Source: Vicugna vicugna (Eukaryota). From it: 62,667 nucleotides of DNA. The stretch covers positions 1,170,678 through 1,233,344 of the forward strand of contig MU058531.1 in assembly GCA_013265495.1 (NCBI GenBank), read 5' to 3'. A model generated the notes under the pieces. The model ran no database searches. It saw only the letters and a program-made list of their open reading frames with translations, and was not told the DNA's origin. Positions 12,590 through 24,642 of this stretch are shown here, piece by piece; the stretch's first letter is position 1, and every line of letters begins with the position of its first letter. The position numbers were made by a program, and so were the translations under genes.

Positions 12590-13345
12590 CATTTACTTAA
12601 CCTAGTACATATTCACTAGGTGCCAGGTGCGTGTCCGGAGTGGCAGAAATTAAGCAGGATAGACACAGTGGCACATCCCTGGCCTCACCCAGCCTACACT
12701 CTGTAGCGGGGGAATTAAGTGTAATTTAAAAAGCAAGAATTTTTTTTTTAAGTATTACTTTCTTTTTAAAAAATTTCCCCCTAGGTTATTTTTATTTTAT
12801 TTTATTTTATTTTATTTTATTTTATTTTATCTTTTGGCTTTTTTTTTTTTTTTAAGTTTGGTCAGTTTACAATGTCATATAATTTCTGGTGTATAGCATA
12901 GTGATTCAGTTATACATATATATATGTATATTCCTTTTCATATATTTTTTCATTATAGGCCCTTACAAGGTATTGACTGTGGTTCCCTGTGCTGTACAGT
13001 AGGACCTTGAAGTATTACTTTTGATACAGAGGGAGAATAGGGTGCACCCTGCAGAGCCTCCCAGTAAGGGAGAGCTGCCTGGGGAAGTGACATTGAAGCT
13101 GAAAATGGAAGGAGACAGATGATACTGGAAAGAGTACCCTAGCAGGGAGGAAAGGCATGCTGGAAACCCGGCAAGGAGAGTGAAGAATACTCCAGGAACT
13201 AAAAGCAGCTCAGCACGCCTGGAGAAAAGGGCTTGAGGGGAGGCCTGGGGAGAGACAGTGACCCAGGTGGAGGAGGCCAGGTCCAGACCTTGTAAACCAT
13301 ATTAAGGAATCTGAACTGAATCCTAAGGGCAAAAGAAACTTCCCC
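12590..13345 (-). mobile_element. L2 LINE fragment interrupted by an L1 insertion
   Basis: ggtgccaggtg...ggggaagtgacattgaagctga...gaccttgtaaaccatattaaggaatctgaactgaatcctaagggcaa reverse-L2 phrases. Confidence 0.65.
12762..13009 (-). mobile_element. Short L1 3' end with an extended (ATTTT)n-containing tail
   Basis: TSD aagtattacttt at 12750-12761 and 13010-13021; reverse L1 3'UTR gtcagtttacaatgtc...ttccctgtgctgtacagtaggacc. Confidence 0.85.
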
Positions 13346-13347
13346 TG

Positions 13348-13556
13348 CAGCTGCACTATCCAATAGGCTTTCTGGTTCTGGTGGGAGTGTTCTCTGTCTA
13401 CTCCATTCAGTATGGCAGCCATTAGCCTCCTGTGGCTGTTGAGCACTTAAAACGTAGCCAGTTCAGCAGGGGTACCGAATTTTTAATTTTGTTTAATTTT
13501 AGTTAATTTAAATAGGCAAATGTGGCTGGTGGCTACCTATATTGGACAGGACAGCC
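13348..13556. mobile_element. MER3 hAT-Charlie DNA transposon
   Basis: cagctgcactatccaatagg...atggcagccattagcc...gtggctggtggctacctatattggacaggacag, with inverted termini. Confidence 0.8.
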
Positions 13557-14399
13557 CTAGAGTGTTGTGATCACAGAACATTTTCACACACATCCATTTG
13601 TTGGCACATGGATGGACACCTGCCTATGGAAACAGTTTTGTATTTGCACATAATTACACACCTTCATACCTCAGGAATGCACATATGGATACAACTAGAC
13701 ACAGTAGCATAAAGCAGACCCTTACCTCTTCTTATGGAAGAATAAGAACAATGAAAATTGAAACTGGAAGTAGTGCCTGGGTCAGGGTAGGGAGATCTGA
13801 CACAGGAAGAATTGGAGCAAAGAGAAAATGGGTGGGTTGGAAAACAAAGTGAATTTGGGATGATACTTTTTAACTGAAAACAAGAAAAAAGGAAATAAAA
13901 TCCAATGAGATCACCAATGGTTTGGAAATCTCGACTTTGCTTCCTTTGCTCTTTAAATCTTTTAGCAAAAGACTTTCACAAATGACAGACATCCTTCTAA
14001 GGCAAACTCAAACTGTTAAGATGGCCCTGGTGACTGGGAAGAACTCCAAAGGCCTTAGATAGAATAGAGGAAGAAAGCACTTCTTAACAAAGATGACCTA
14101 ATTCTTTAACTGACATTCATCCACCAAGAAAATTTTAGGCACTCTGGTCTGCAGGAGAAGAATTTATTTCAAAGTTATTAAAATTATATGACATGGAATA
14201 GATGAAGTCCTAGCTATCAGAATTACTAATTTACCTAAAAATCTTAACATCACATGAACTAGAATATTGACTTCTTCCTTTTTGAAAGATAACTAAATTC
14301 TACACACATGAACTAAACAGTAACTCCTCCATCCAGTAAATTGTATAACTGTTACCAGCTGGGGATGTTATGATTTGCTTTCCAGTGCTCATCTTATCC

Positions 14400-14875
14400 A
14401 TCCAAGTCTTTTGGTGGATACCTTTTACCAATACTGGCCTTGCCATTCTCCCAGTATGCTATGCTACTGTCTGCCTCTGAGCCTTTGCACATGCTGTTCC
14501 CTCTACGTGAAACACTCTTCCAAGCTCTTAACAAGTTAGGTCATGCACATCCTTTGGGTCTCAACTTATACACTCCAGCCTTAGGAATGTCATCTCCATC
14601 CACCCCAACTATGCCAGATTAGATCAGTCCTTTTTGTTTTCATGGGATCCTAGTCTTCTCTTTCATAGCATGTTTCATATTTATGATTACTTAATTATTT
14701 GTGTAATTACTATTTAATTTTGTCTTGTCCTCAGGATTGTTAACTCCATGAGATCAGATACTGTAATCTGCTTTGTTCATCATTTACTGCATCTGCAGGG
14801 TTTAGTACAGGTCCTGGCAAATTGTGGGTGCTCAGTACATATTAATTAAATGTTCAATATGTGAATGAATATATA
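14400..14875 (+). mobile_element. L2 LINE 3' region
   Basis: gcctctgagcctttgcacatgctgttccctct...aactccatgag...cctggcaaattgtgggtgctcagta...tgaatgaat. Confidence 0.75.
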
Positions 14876-15638
14876 AAAAATTTTTTCACTTTATTTACTT
14901 ATCTCATTCCTCCCTCCCTCCCTTCCATCTTGCTGTGTCATAAGCTACAGTATTACACAGTTCTGTACAATGGTAAACAAGGAAAAAGAGACCCCAAGCC
15001 CTGTACACGGTTGATTAATATTCCTTATCCAGTTCCCTTTAAGATCTGATAGGCCATCTGGTGGTAAATCATTAAGTCACATCAGCTATAAACATGTTCA
15101 GTCCCAGGGTGAACCTGGTCTGACATCCAACCAGTCTTCTTGCTTTCATAGAAATGCCTCAATCCATTTCAGAAGTGTACTCACTACAGATATACAATGC
15201 TCAGTTTGCTATACTTACGAGATACTGAATTTCTGTATCCCTTCAATCCATAGAAAATAGGCATTCTCTTCTCACCTGGAGGCAACAGTGATGTGGCTGG
15301 CTATGAATTTGGAAGTGAGGGAGATAAGATGGCTCTCAGAGAGTTATCATAATACAGAGATGTGCTAACTTACTTTACAGTGAAAGGCTTGCAGAACAAT
15401 TTGTCTTGATTTTCATGAGAAATATGGAGAAATTTTGTATATGTGATGGTCAAAAGGGAATTAATCAGAGATGAGGACATAAAAAGAAAGCCACCAACAC
15501 CAGTAAAGAAGGTCACACACAACAGATCTTGAGGAACTGGGATCTCATTGGCAGAACCTTTTCTCCCTTGAGAGAGGACTGGTCAGCTATTTACATCCAC
15601 TGAGATTTAACATCTATTTCATCTAACTCCTTGTTTTG

Positions 15639-16149
15639 CTTTTTATTTTTTTAAGTGTAGTTGATTTACAATGTTTTGTTAGTTTCTGGTGTACAGCATA
15701 GTGATTCAAATATATATATATATATTGTTTATCTATTTTATATAAAGTAGTTTGTGTCTGCTAAGCCCAGACTCCTAATTCATCCCTCCCCCTTTCCCCT
15801 TTAGTAACCATTTGTTTTCTGTGTCTGAGTCTGTTTCTGAATAAGTGAATAAGTTCATTTATATCATTTTTTTAGATTCCACATATAAGTGATATTGTAT
15901 GATATTTGTCTTTCTCTGTCTGACCTACTTCACTTAGTATGATCATCTCCAGATCCATCCAAGTTGCTGCAAATGGCATTATTTCATTCTTTTTTATGGA
16001 TGAGTAGTGTTCCATTGTATATATACCACATCTTCTTTATCCAATCATCTATCAATGGACATTTAGGTCACTTCCATGTCTTGGCTATTATAAATAGTGA
16101 ATAGTGCTGCTGTGAACATTGGGGTGCATGTATCTTTTCAAATTAGAGA
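15639..16149 (-). mobile_element. 5'-truncated L1 (ORF2 end plus 3'UTR)
   Basis: PolyT, reverse 3'UTR, ttagattccacatataagtgat. TSD ctaactccttgttttg (15623-15638) / ctatctgcttgttttg (16150-16165). Confidence 0.92.
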
Positions 16150-16529
16150 CTATCTGCTTGTTTTGAATCTGACCACTAAGCCATCTTTGATTATAATTTG
16201 GTTGCTTACATATATGTGTCTACTGGGAGAGAGTGTGTTAATCTTGCCGATACGTGCATCCCTTTTGGCCTAACAGTTCTGTTTCCTGTTGGAAAGACAA
16301 ACATTGGTTTATCAGTCTTGAAAACTTGGCTGGCCTAGGCGTCCCCCTCACTTGAGGATCAGGTGGCAGAGTGTGGATTGCTGAGGCCAGCTCTAACTTG
16401 GTGCGTCCACCACAAGGCTACTCTGGCCAGCTTCCTGAGGGGTCACCCCCCTTCCCTCTTCTTCTGGGAAAACCCCAGCCTTGCTCCACGCTGTTTCTGT
16501 CCAGATTTAAAATGGAGGCCAGGGGAAGA

Positions 16530-17130
16530 GAAGTGTCTGTTAAAACCGGATGTACCCTCCTAGAGATCCTTTTGAAGATTTCAGTTATGAGACATGAAAT
16601 TCAAGTCATGTCATGTGATAAAAACTAATTCCTCAGGAAAGACAATGAAAATTGGGACAAGGACAAGGAGAAGGAGGGTGGAAGGAAAGAATAAGGAGCT
16701 AATATCCTCATCTGAGGAACTGAGGAGACAAAAGACACTGCGTCAAAGAGTGCAATAGAAACATGGTAGAATATAACTGAGATATATACATATATACCTA
16801 CAGTAAAATATATATACAGTAATATATATACTGTAGTAGATACATAGATGAAGAAAGAACTAAAAATAGTAATAGTAACTACATTGTAGGAGATAAATAC
16901 ATGATGAAGAAAGTAAAGTCAAATAAATCAAATCCAGCTCTATCCTAGCAGGGATCCAATAGATAATGAAAGTAGAAGCATGTAATTTAGAGACCGAAGG
17001 GTAAACAGAAATCATAGCTTAAAAAGTTCTAAGTGGTTACCTCTCAAAGTGTGACCAAATAAGAAAGGATGGGCCAAAGGAGATTTTTTTATTAGTTTAT
17101 TATTATTATTTGATTTTTGATCATGTGCAT
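16530..17130 (+). mobile_element. HAL1-like ancient L1-derived element
   Basis: ggagctaatatcctcatc...agtcaaataaatca...aagtggttacctct and terminal atttgattttt...catgtgca resemble the HAL1 3' region. Confidence 0.5.
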
Positions 17131-17134
17131 TTTT

Positions 17135-17690
17135 TATTCATTCATTCATTCAACAAATATTTATTAAGTGCCAACTCTGTACAAGGCAGAGTCTAGGCAC
17201 TCGATATATAGCACTGAACATAGATAGAAAATCCTGCCCTCAGAATGTAGTAGAGACAGAAAATAAACAAGGAAGAATATATGATATGTCACATGATGTT
17301 AGGTGCAATTGAGAAAAATAAAGCTCTTTTATATCAGGTGAGAGGTTTGAACACAGACTGGAAGGAGGTGGAAGAAGGAGCCATATAGATTCCCAAGGGA
17401 AGAGTGTTCCAGGCAAAGGGAACAGCCAGTGCAAAGGCCCTGAGGTAGGAATGCCTCGTGAGTTCGAAGGGCAGCAAGAGGCTAATGTGGCTGAAATGGA
17501 ACAAGTGAGGAGGTCACACACAACAGATCTTGAGATGAGGTAATGATGGTGGAATGGAGAGGGGCACACTATATAAGGCTTTGTAACTATAGTCAGATTC
17601 TGACTCTTATTCTGAGAGAAATAAGAGCCCAGTGAAGGTATATGAGCAGAAGAGTTACGTCTACAAGGCTTTTTTTTAATCATTCTGACT
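17135..17690 (-). mobile_element. L2a LINE 3' end
   Basis: ttcattcattcattcaacaaatatttattaagtgcc...ccaggcaaagggaacagccagtgcaaaggccctgagg. Confidence 0.9.
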
Positions 17691-18078
17691 TTTTGTTAAT
17701 TGGCTTCTTTGAGATGGTCAAGGGAGGGAGCAAAGAGAACAATGAGGAGAGAGAACACTTGAAAAAATTTTGTTGTAAAACAACATAGTTAAAAAAATGA
17801 CTCTCCTCCTAATTTATCATTAAATAAAAGGGTATGTTTTCTTGTTTTAACATGTAAATGTCTGTCTACCAAGTATCTTTCATGACACAGTGGATGAACT
17901 TTCTAGAGTTGCCCTTGGAGGTCCTTTTAACCTGATTGTTCTCAGTGGTAGTTCCTCTGCCCCCAGTGCGACTGGGGAAGGGTTTCTAGGATTTGGAGAC
18001 GTGATCAGCTACTCAGCTATCCCAGCCTCCTCCCTTGACCTTGAGTCCTAAGTATTTCCATCTCTGTTGTTCCCATAC

Positions 18079-19195
18079 CAGTGGTTCCCAGACCTGGCTG
18101 ATCATTAGAATCATGTGGGAGAGCTTTTCACAAACAGAAACTCTGGGCCGCCCCCTCAGGCGATTCCGAGAGATTTGGGTTTGAGGTGGGATCTAGGCAG
18201 TGATGTGCAAATGGCAGGGGGCCGCAGCAGTGCACACAATAAGCGGGAGCGTTTTCTTTAGATAGAGTGTGAAGAGCCATCATCGAACCAACTGAAAGTC
18301 AGCCTACTTTTGATTACCACCACGTGCTGACAGTTCTAAACAGCGTCAGTGAGACATATTTCTTCAAAACCGTTTTTTGGTCAAAATTCTAAGCACTTGT
18401 TGTTGAGTTTAAGTAATATATACTCGAGCTTCAAATTGCACATTTTTTTGTTAAATCCTTTAGTAAATGTTCTTTTACTAAAGAACATTTCTCCCTTCTC
18501 CCTGCACGTTAATTTGCAGAACTCCCAGCTGTACAGTCTGCCCCCAACACACAGTCTCACCTACACATGCTCATTTCCAGAGAAAGTTTTTTGCAGTTGG
18601 TGTTCAAGTGTTGTTATGGGTTCAGTGTGTCTCCAACACCTATAGGACATTTGCCTGCATTTATTCAAAATAAATAAGAATAACACATGGTAATAGTCTT
18701 ACTGAAGACAAAAATACAGAACCTGAGTTAGTTCAGGTTTGCTGTTCTTTGTAATCACCTGTAGTTTTTATTTCATTTCAAATTTAAAATGGCAAAATAG
18801 GCAAATTATGAAATACAACATTATATTTGGAATGGTCAAAATTTATTCCATACCTGAATGATTCTATTGAGTAAAATTTTTAAATTGAAAGTTGTTTCTT
18901 CTTTTTAACTATTTGTAAAATAAAAATGAGTTATGAAAATAATGTTATTTTATATATATTATATATTTTATTATATCTACATTATATATTACGTAACTCA
19001 TCCATGTTATATAACATAATCAGTTATTGATTATTATGTAATTACTATTAAAGTAACTTTGTCATGCAGAGGAGGGGGATTTTTATCTTCTCCACGTGTC
19101 AGATGTGTTATAGATACTTCATTGGATCTAAAGATCATTATCTCTTAAAAGTTCCCCTGGTAATTCTCAGATGCAGCCAGATGTGGGAGTCACTA
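18079..19195. mobile_element. MER5-type DNA transposon split (18079-18197 and about 19125-19195) by Arthur1
   Basis: cagtggttcccagacctggctgatcattagaatca at left; aaaagttcccctggtaattctcagatgcagccagatgtgggagtcact at right. Confidence 0.75.
18198..19124. mobile_element. Arthur1-like hAT-Tip100 DNA transposon (internally deleted)
   Basis: aactgaaagtcagcctacttttgattaccacc...ttctaaacagcgtcagtg...gaactcccagctgtacagtc matches the recalled Arthur1 consensus. 8-bp TSD gatctagg (18190-18197) / gatctaaa (19125-19132). Confidence 0.75.
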
Positions 19196-19345
19196 CCTGC
19201 AGCATGTTCAGCATTTGTTCTATTTTTACATTCCCCCTCCTCTTTCCCTACACCCACTCTACTCTCAGTTTTCATTACATTAGGGCCATCAAGGGCCCTG
19301 GGGTAGATGAAGGGGTGCTAATTAAAACCCTTGGTGCTTCTAGGC

Positions 19346-19521
19346 CATGGTGTGCTGATAAATACTTAACAACCAGCTCTCTGGGGGACGTAGAGCCTTT
19401 ATGGATTTCTATGGGGTAAAATATTCCCAACCACCAACAGATGACAAACTCTGTGACAAGTTCCCATTGGTTTACCAGCCAGCTCTCGCGAGCTTGTGTG
19501 AGTCAGCTGCAGCACGCCACT
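19346..19521. mobile_element. MER63-like hAT-Blackjack element
   Basis: Termini ggtgtgctgataaatacttaacaaccagctctc and gctctcgcgagc...cagcacgccactg. Confidence 0.75.
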
Positions 19522-19959
19522 GCCCCAGAGGTCCCTGGCACATTCTGCTAGAGGGTAATGGATACCCATGGAAGAGTTTTGTTCATTTTTTAGAAACTAA
19601 AGTTCCATTTTCTGAGTTATTTATTCAATTCACGAGTTCCTCTTTGAAATTCAGACTACTCTTACACATGCTTTCCCAAGGGTCAGAAATAACAACCCTA
19701 CGGGGTCCTTTCTGTACCCACTTTATGTAGCACGCAGTGGCCTCATATTCGGAAGCATTTTTGGATGAAAAGTTGTCTTGCTGGGAATCTGTTGTAGCAA
19801 CCCATAGACTCTTCCTTCTTCCCTTAAGTTTGTTAGTGAAATGTACCCAAGAGAATTTATGTGGCTTCCTCCATCCCTAGCCTCCGTATGACTCGATTTA
19901 AGTCTTTTTTCATTCTTTCCTGTCAGAAGGAGGCGCTAAGAGACAAGGCCCATTCCCAT

Positions 19960-20150
19960 CCTGAGTTTGAAGCATAAGTCATAGCCAAACAGACCTGGGT
20001 TCAAGTTCTGCCTCTTGCCACGTACCTAATGTGAGACAGTTCACCCTCTCTGAGCCTCAGGGTAGTCACTACCTCACAGGATTGTTGTGAGGTTGAAATG
20101 AGGTTATACCAGCCAAGTGCATTGCCTATGCCTGAAACCTCAGTGCTACG
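19960..20150 (+). mobile_element. MIR SINE
   Basis: cagacctgggttcaagttctgcctct...ctctctgagcctcag...acctcacaggattgttgtgagg. Confidence 0.75.
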
Positions 20151-21129
20151 ATTAGTCTAATTACCTTGATAAGTACTGATGTGATTACTTCCCTAGACTT
20201 TCCAGTTACCATGGGAATAAAGAGCCGAGGTGCTGATGTTCACTGAGATACAGACTTAACTGGATGGGAAAAGATCCTTCAGTGGAAGGATCTTTTCATA
20301 TTGCTCAGTCCTTCCACTTACAGTTACTTACCAAGCATTGTTTAGAAACCAGCCTAATATATAATTTCTCTGTACTGCTTTGTATAAACAAAGTCTCAGC
20401 ACTTAATTCCTTCTTATTACTTAACTGTTCACGTATTGTTCTTTGTTTTCTTAACTATTTTGTGAAAACACAAAGCCATGTCTTATTCATCAGTGAGCTC
20501 CTTTATAACACTTAGCACAGTGCCTGCTATGAAGCAGGTGTTCAGTAAATATTTGATTGACTGTGTTGTTTATTGAAAAGGTTTGCACTGCACCTTGCTT
20601 TGGTGCAGTAATTCTGTAATATTTTCTTATTCTTGATTCCCAGTGCTTAAGGACTGTGGACAGAACAAAGCTCCTCCCTCCCTTCCCCCAGCAGAAATGT
20701 ATATTATTTATATTAATACAAAGTATGTATAATTAGATAGAGGGGATAGGGATATATTCAGTTAATGAAAATGATGTAAAGAATATGGTTTTATCATCAC
20801 AACGATAATAACACACTAAGGATCCACAGACCTGATGCATTTCTCTGGACCTGTGCTAGAAGCTCAGCTGCCCTCACAGGGCTCTTTGAGAGCTGACCCA
20901 GGCTCTGCCCATGATTGTACCATGCCCAGGGGTTCAGCACCTGCCTGCCTCCAGGCTGATCTTGCCCTACTGTTCCTATGGAGGAACCAGGGAGCAGGAA
21001 GCCTAGAGAAATTCAGGAGCCTTTGTACCAGCTGCATGCTCTGACTAGACATAGAGAAGGCACTCCTGAACTTTCATTTGCAGGGCACGGGTGAAGGATA
21101 GGGAGAGTCATGGACGGAACCAGGTGTCC

Positions 21130-21570
21130 AACTTGAACCATGGGGATGATGCAATCTACTGGATTGGAAAACCCTGAAAGAGAAATAGACTTTCAAAGGA
21201 AGAACATAGTATAATTTTGGAAACATCAAGTTTGAGATGCTTATAAGTCATCCAAGTGCAGATGTCAAGGAGGAAACTGGACCTAAGAGACTAGAGCCTT
21301 AAAGAGTAGTCTGGTCTAGATACATAAACCAGGGGGGTCACGAACACATAGATGGCATTTGAAAATAGGAATGGATAAATTCACCTGGGAAGCAAACCGA
21401 GACACGCCTATTTAGAAAAAACAGCAAGAAGAGTGGATGTCTGAAAAGAAATAAGGACAGACAGAGAAGTGGGAGGAAAGACCAAGGAGAAGTACAACCA
21501 CAGAAGCCAATGGAGGAGCACTGGAAGAGGAAGAGATCTCGGGCCGGTTTCTTCAGGAAGCAAAGTGTGA
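21130..21570 (-). mobile_element. L2 LINE internal fragment
   Basis: aagtttgagatgcttataagtcatccaagtgcagatgtcaaggagg...ggaatggataaattcacctggga. Confidence 0.65.
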
Positions 21571-22229
21571 GACAGAGCTGCACAGGAAATGGGAGAGGGC
21601 AAGGACAAACTCGAATCCATGAATTTGAATAGAACCCATGAGGACAAACCAGAAAGCATAGGACTAATTCAACCTTGATGGCATGAGTGACCTTCACCAT
21701 GGAGCTGCACGCACACACCAAGGCCCAGGCCATAGAGAAGACTGAAGGGGAAAGTCCAGTGGGAGACGGAGGGGCTGGGAGCCTGGGCACTGCCCCAAGC
21801 CAACATGGGAAGCCAACAGACCAGTGGACAATGGGCGGGAGCTGCCACCGAGCCTGGCGGGAAGATGGCGGCCACTTCATGTCTTCCAAATCTCATCCTC
21901 ATTTCTCTTGTGGCCACCCCTCATCCTAAATCATACAAAGAAGTAATTTTACTTCTCTAAATCTACAGAGCAAAAAGCCATGATAGAGTCCTGGATAGCA
22001 CAAGAGCTCTTGTTTCCATGCAGAATTATTATAAAGGACTAGAGATAACATAGGTAAATCCAGTAGAGTGACAGGCGTTCAACTGGTCCTTCATAGTGAG
22101 AAGGGAATTTTTATTATCCACATATGGATATGTGGATAATAATAATTTGTTAAAATGTCAATTTATGGTTTCTTTTCCTTTACATTTCCAGCAGATAGCC
22201 CAAATTTTCTCTGCTATATACTCTATCCT

Positions 22230-22622
22230 TCTTCAGATGATGAGAATTCCCTCCAGTCCTGTATTTCTTTTGCAGCCAGATGTGGTCTTATGAGTTAGTT
22301 CAGTCAATGGTTTAGGAATAAAAGTGACATGAGAACTTCTAGATGAGCTCCTTAAAGATAAATTACAGGGCTTCTACACTGTCCCCTTTCTGCAGGCTGG
22401 GTCACACACATGGAGGTGACCCAGTCTTGGGCACGTGGACAAGAACAACACCCTGGGGACCAGTGAAAGGAGCCTCCATCCGTATAAGACCACGTGGAGG
22501 AGACAAGCTTCAGCCACCCTGCTGCTCAGCTCCAGGCTGCCGTTCGAGTCATCATACATTTGGGGCTCTTGTCGTAGTAACTGAGCCCACGCCCGAACTA
22601 AAACACATGCTCTTTCCTAACA
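22230..22622 (+). mobile_element. Old MaLR LTR (MLT1H/J-like) remnant
   Basis: ttgcagccagatgtggtcttatgagttagttc...tttggggctcttgtcgtagtaactgagcc...cctaaca. Confidence 0.5.
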
Positions 22623-22673
22623 CCCAGGCTTTCTTTCTTTTTTTTTTTTTCTGAAGGTCTAAGGCAGAAATAG

Positions 22674-23141
22674 GGTTTTTAAAAATAAATATATATATTT
22701 TATTGAAGTATACTTGATGTACAATATTATATGTTACAGGTATACAACATAGTGATTCACAGTTTTTTAATTGAAGTATTGTCAGTTTACAATGTCGTGT
22801 CAATCGCTGGTGTACAGCATAATGTTTCAGTCATACATATACATATATTCGTTTTCACATTCTTTTTCATTATAGGTTACTACAAGATATTGACTATAGC
22901 TCCCTGTGCTATACAGTAGAAATTTGTTTGTTTTTTCATTTATAGTTACTATAGAATATTAACTCTATTCCTGTGTTGTATAATATATCCTTGTAGCTTA
23001 TTTTATTCATAATAGTTTCTTAATTCCCTCCTCCTAAAATGTCCCCCTCCCTCTTTCCCTCTCCCCACTGGTAACCACTAATGTGTACTCTATTTTCTGT
23101 GAATCTGTTTCTTTTTTTGTTATATGCACTAGTTTGTTGTA
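22674..23141 (-). mobile_element. Older L1 3' end containing a nested younger L1 3' end (about 22764-22935)
   Basis: Two successive reverse L1 termini (attgaagta at about 22702 and 22770). Outer TSD tctaaggcagaaatag (22658-22673) / tctaaagcagaaatag (23142-23157). Confidence 0.85.
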
Positions 23142-24563
23142 TCTAAAGCAGAAATAGTTTAAAGTCTCTCCTAGTTTTAAGTATCTCAACTCATTAAATA
23201 GATGTTCCTGGGAGGGGAAGAGAAAGTGAGGAATGACTTGAAGGCAAGAGGAAAAAGAGCGTACTTCCAGACAGAGAACAGGATTGAGGTCTTCAGGACC
23301 CACGAGCAGTGGTGACCCTTTCCCTGCTGTCTAGCTGAGTCCCAGGATGGTGACAGGTATTAGAGGGAATAACTGCCTGGTGCCCTAGGCAGACTGGACC
23401 CCAGAACACTGACTCCAAGTCTTGTCGTAGATTACCATGGTGGACAACAGAGACGCCAGATGTGAGGGACCATCTGATGGTCCTAGCAGTAACCAGTCAG
23501 TTAGCAGAGAGGTCCTGCTACTGCTGTCTCACTAGAAGACCCAGGAACATTGTTCCCAAAGGCAGTCAGGGTGGAGGCTCAGTAACAAGTAAGTTGGGCA
23601 AGATGAGAACTTTGAGTTAGATTTAATATTCTTTTAAAGAAAATACAGAATGTGATATTTCTGGTACTCCTGAGCTTGTGGATATGGATTCAAATGGATA
23701 CATCATCATTTTAAATTATTATCCAAGACTCACATCTGATTCTGTATCTACACCAGGGTAATTCCCACTGTGGCTGTGGGGCTGACTAAGGCTGCTGTGC
23801 AGGGTGAAGGTATTCATGTCCACAGTGAGAGGGACTGGGGCTCATCAGGCAGGATGCACCCTTATGGTCTCAGAGGACTGTGGCTGCAGTGCAGAGTAGT
23901 CCATCCCTTAGTTCTCGTGCCTCTGACACCCACCAAGCTTCTGTTTTCTCTCCCCAAAGTGCCAAGCTTGACAAAAACAAACCGCCACAGCTTGCGAACC
24001 ATGGTCGCCCAGCGTCCTCCATCTCAGCCTCCTCTTGGCGCAGTGAGTTCCCGGGTATCGGCCTCATCAGGCAGGTGGGCTTGGTCAGGACCTTCCTTAA
24101 AATTACGGAAGAGCCACGGCCAGGAAGGATGCTGGAGGCCCTGCAGCCCAGCCTTCCCACTGCCCAGGTGACCAGCTAGGACCCAGAGAGGGGAGACTCG
24201 CTCACACCCACACGGTGGGCTGGAAGCAGAGATGAGAGAGGGACCAGCACTCTCGATTTCAGACTAGTCCCTAGTTTACTACACACAGGAAGGACCTAGA
24301 AAGATTTCTTTTCCATTTATTTTATTTGGGGCCATTTAAAGGGAGATAAAATGCCTATATTCCCCTTCTGTAATCCTGCCAGGGTGCCATATGTAAACTT
24401 TCAATATTCATTTCAACCCTTGAAGCCTTAAGCCCATAAGCTCTTACGTTGCCATCAGAGGAAAAGAGCTCCATGTGAATGTGGGAGGAGGTGTGGCGGC
24501 CAAAGATGCTGACAGGTGGGCTCCCAGAGGATGCATAAGGAATCTCTCTTCCAGCATCGCACA

Positions 24564-24642
24564 CCTCTCTCCCTCTCTTCTCTGTCTCTCTCTCTTCCTC
24601 CCTCCCTCCCTCTCCCCCTCTCCCTCTCATACACATACACAC
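24564..24642. repeat. Polypyrimidine (CT/CCCT)-rich tract followed by a short CA repeat
   Basis: Directly visible low-complexity tract. Confidence 0.9.

Noticed and set aside
21338..21929. 183-aa and overlapping ORFs
   Set aside because: No recognisable domain, low-complexity Leu/Pro/Cys composition, partial overlap with an L2 fragment, no splice support.
23841..24076. Repeated 13-mer ctcatcaggcagg (about 23841 and 24064)
   Set aside because: Flanks do not extend the alignment; only two local copies, with no array structure.
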